DNA of 32,000 nucleotides from Pseudomonas aeruginosa (GTDB lineage Bacteria; Pseudomonadota; Gammaproteobacteria; Pseudomonadales; Pseudomonadaceae): NCBI RefSeq assembly GCF_001457615.1, contig NZ_LN831024.1, positions 5,430,001 to 5,462,000 of the forward strand, read 5' to 3'. Shown piece by piece: positions 30,686 to 32,000 of this stretch (position 1 is its first letter; each line of letters starts with the position of its first letter). The notes under the pieces were generated by a model. It saw only the letters and a program-made list of their open reading frames with translations, ran no database searches and was not told where the DNA came from. The position numbers and the translations under genes were made by a program.

Positions 30686-30895
30686 TCATTGACCCATGGC
30701 CAGCCTGAGCGATGCACGGTTGAGCGCGCTCGAGCAGTCCAGCAGGTATTTCACTTCGACCTGGCTCAGGCGGCCGCTGGCGTATGCGCGCACGCTGACC
30801 ACCATCAGCAGGTGCGCGGCCTTCGCCAGCAGCCGTGCTGCCAGGCCACAGAGCGCGCGGCGAGACGCGCCCAGGCATTTGCGTACGACGTTCAT
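30686..30895 (-). CDS. Hypothetical 69-aa protein (MNVVRKCLGASRRALCGLAARLLAKAAHLLMVVSVRAYASGRLSQVEVKYLLDCSSALNRASLRLAMGQ)
   Basis: SD GAGGAAG sits 5 nt upstream of the ATG at 30895. About 80% of codons end in G/C. It fills the gap between the OM-barrel gene and the Na/Pi gene on the same strand. In the track it is buried in a 279-aa ORF (30686..31525) whose upstream part is antisense-type Arg-rich noise. Confidence 0.5.
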   Translation of the reverse strand: MNVVRKCLGASRRALCGLAARLLAKAAHLLMVVSVRAYASGRLSQVEVKYLLDCSSALNRASLRLAMGQ

Positions 30896-30945
30896 GGCTG
30901 CTTCCTCGGTGGAGGAGCGCGCCGCAGCGCGGCACGCCCTTGGGC

Positions 30946-31722
30946 TCAGAAACGCAAGGTCGCTCCCGAGACCAGCCATCGCTCGCGCTCGCCGCGCAGG
31001 TGGCCGCCGACCAGCAGATCGAGGTCCAGCCGTTCGCCCAGGTGCAGCCGCGGTCCGGCCTGCCAGCCGCTGTCGCCGGCCGACTCGCCGAAGCGTTCGG
31101 CGATCAGGGTCAACGGCTGGCCGACGCGGTATTCCATGCCCACGCCCCAGTTCCAGCGATGCCGGCGCTCGCCCTCGGCGTAGGCATGCCCCAGGCCGAC
31201 CCCGGCGTTCAGGCGCAGGGCCTCGAACGGCTGGTAGCTCAGCGGCAGGTTGAAGCCGGCGCCTTCGAAGGCGTGCCGGCGGTCCAGGTAGAGATCCGCC
31301 GAGAGCGCGAAGGCCAACGCCAGGCCGAGGTCGTCGCGGGCCAGCAGCGGTGTCTTCAGCTCGGGGCTGAGGCGGCTGTGCCGATCGCCTGCGTCGCCCT
31401 CGCGCACCAGCGCCGCGCCGAGCTGCACCGATGGTAGGGCGGAGAAGGTGCAGGCTGGCGACAGCACCGACTGGTAGCGGTTGCCGTGGTGGCGTTCGCG
31501 CTGGTGCCAGGCGTCCAGGTTGCATTCGCCGACGGGATCGATCTCGCCGTCGTCGACCCGGTAGGCGCCGCCCGCGGCGCGAGCCTCGGACAGCAGTGCC
31601 AGCAGCAGGACGCAGGCTAGCGCGGCGGCGACGAAGCCCAGGCGCCAGGACAGGGCGCGTCGCAGCGCGGCCGGCAGCGGTTGGAAAAGGGGCGCCCGCG
31701 GGCGCCGGTCGTGCAGGGTCAT
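30946..31722 (-). CDS. Putative outer-membrane beta-barrel protein
   Basis: 258 aa from MTLHDRRPR, with SD GGAGAGA upstream. It has a signal peptide ending ..LLSEARA|AG, alternating beta-strand-like segments, and a C-terminal ..SGATLRF with terminal Phe. Confidence 0.75.
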   Translation of the reverse strand: MTLHDRRPRAPLFQPLPAALRRALSWRLGFVAAALACVLLLALLSEARAAGGAYRVDDGEIDPVGECNLDAWHQRERHHGNRYQSVLSPACTFSALPSVQLGAALVREGDAGDRHSRLSPELKTPLLARDDLGLALAFALSADLYLDRRHAFEGAGFNLPLSYQPFEALRLNAGVGLGHAYAEGERRHRWNWGVGMEYRVGQPLTLIAERFGESAGDSGWQAGPRLHLGERLDLDLLVGGHLRGERERWLVSGATLRF

Positions 31723-31793
31723 GATGCGTCTCTCCATGCGTGGGTCCGGTGTGCGTTGCGCGGCGCGGCGAGGCTTGCCGACGCGCCGGGAAA

Positions 31794-31813
31794 GGCCGGG
31801 ACGAAGCCCGGCC
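31794..31813 (-). terminator. Possible terminator hairpin after mgtA (GGCCGGG-N6-CCCGGCC)
   Basis: A 7-bp GC stem lies 7 nt after the mgtA stop. On the minus strand only TTTCCC follows it. Confidence 0.35.
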
Positions 31814-31819
31814 GATCGC

Positions 31820-32000
31820 TCAGAACCACTGGCCGAAGCGGCGGATGTAGAGGGTCTTCATGGTCTGCGCGGTGACGCAGTAGCAGAGCAGCGTGCCCAC
31901 CAGCCAGGGGAAGTACTCCCACGGCAGCGGCTGCAGGCCGACCATCGCCCCCAGCGGCGAGAACGGCACGTAGATGCCCAGCGCCATCACCAGCCCGGTC
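31820..32000 (-). CDS. mgtA: 3' end of the P-type Mg2+-importing ATPase MgtA (partial; the rest is outside the window)
   Basis: My hand translation of the minus strand gives ..GLVMALGIYVPFSPLGAMVGLQPLPWEYFPWLVGTLLCYCVTAQTMKTLYIRRFGQWF*. It resembles the MgtA/MgtB C-terminus (..LQPLP..YFPWL..). It is absent from the track because no start codon lies in the window. Confidence 0.75.
   Translation of the reverse strand, partial: TGLVMALGIYVPFSPLGAMVGLQPLPWEYFPWLVGTLLCYCVTAQTMKTLYIRRFGQWF

Noticed and set aside
30696-31253. A 185-aa + strand ORF and a 279-aa minus-strand ORF (30686..31525) that span the OM-barrel gene region.
   Set aside because: Both are Arg/Ala/Pro-rich with no SD. They conflict with the 258-aa barrel gene, which has an SD, a signal peptide and a C-terminal Phe. 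Only the last 69 codons of the 279-aa ORF look genuinely coding.

Overview
This is a high-GC window that looks like Pseudomonas aeruginosa chromosome. By my recollection the gene order matches the PAO1 PA4803-PA4825 neighbourhood; I could not run a search to confirm this.

Positions 1-4166 hold the right-hand end of a Pf1/Pf4-like filamentous (inovirus) prophage. It contains the tail of a minor-coat/morphogenesis gene, a zot-like assembly ATPase, a Phage_CRI-type replication initiator and a tyrosine integrase. The integrase stop lies 27 nt from the 3' CCA end of an intact tRNA-Sec (selC, 4167-4262, minus strand).

The rest of the window is ordinary core genome:
- a SAM methyltransferase, an APC permease and a class-III aminotransferase on the minus strand, divergent from a LuxR-type regulator
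- a complete selenocysteine/formate dehydrogenase-N block, fdnG(UGA)-fdnH-fdnI-fdhE-selA-selB
- lipase lipC and 2,4-dienoyl-CoA reductase fadH
- a DUF606/DMT membrane protein, a DUF1835-like protein and a YkgJ-type Cys-cluster protein
- a translationally coupled gtrA-GT2-GT39 glycosylation module
- a MATE exporter
- an operon of outer-membrane barrel, 69-aa ORF, Na/Pi-PhoU transporter and DUF2493-like protein
- the 3' end of mgtA

I did not find an obvious new defence, secretion or CRISPR-like system.

The most unusual signal visible in the sequence is a sharp codon-phase inversion inside zot (about 1013-1190). There a +1-frame Leu-rich ORF has much more host-like codon usage than the annotated frame.

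Other points worth a second look:
- an unlisted 36-aa membrane ORF after zot
- phased GGACATT repeats over the rep start
- candidate operators in two divergent promoter regions
- the SECIS element that fuses the two fdnG ORFs in the track
- a degenerate SLOG/DUF2493 protein overlapped with a transporter

Many of the long ORFs in the track are antisense artefacts typical of high-GC DNA.
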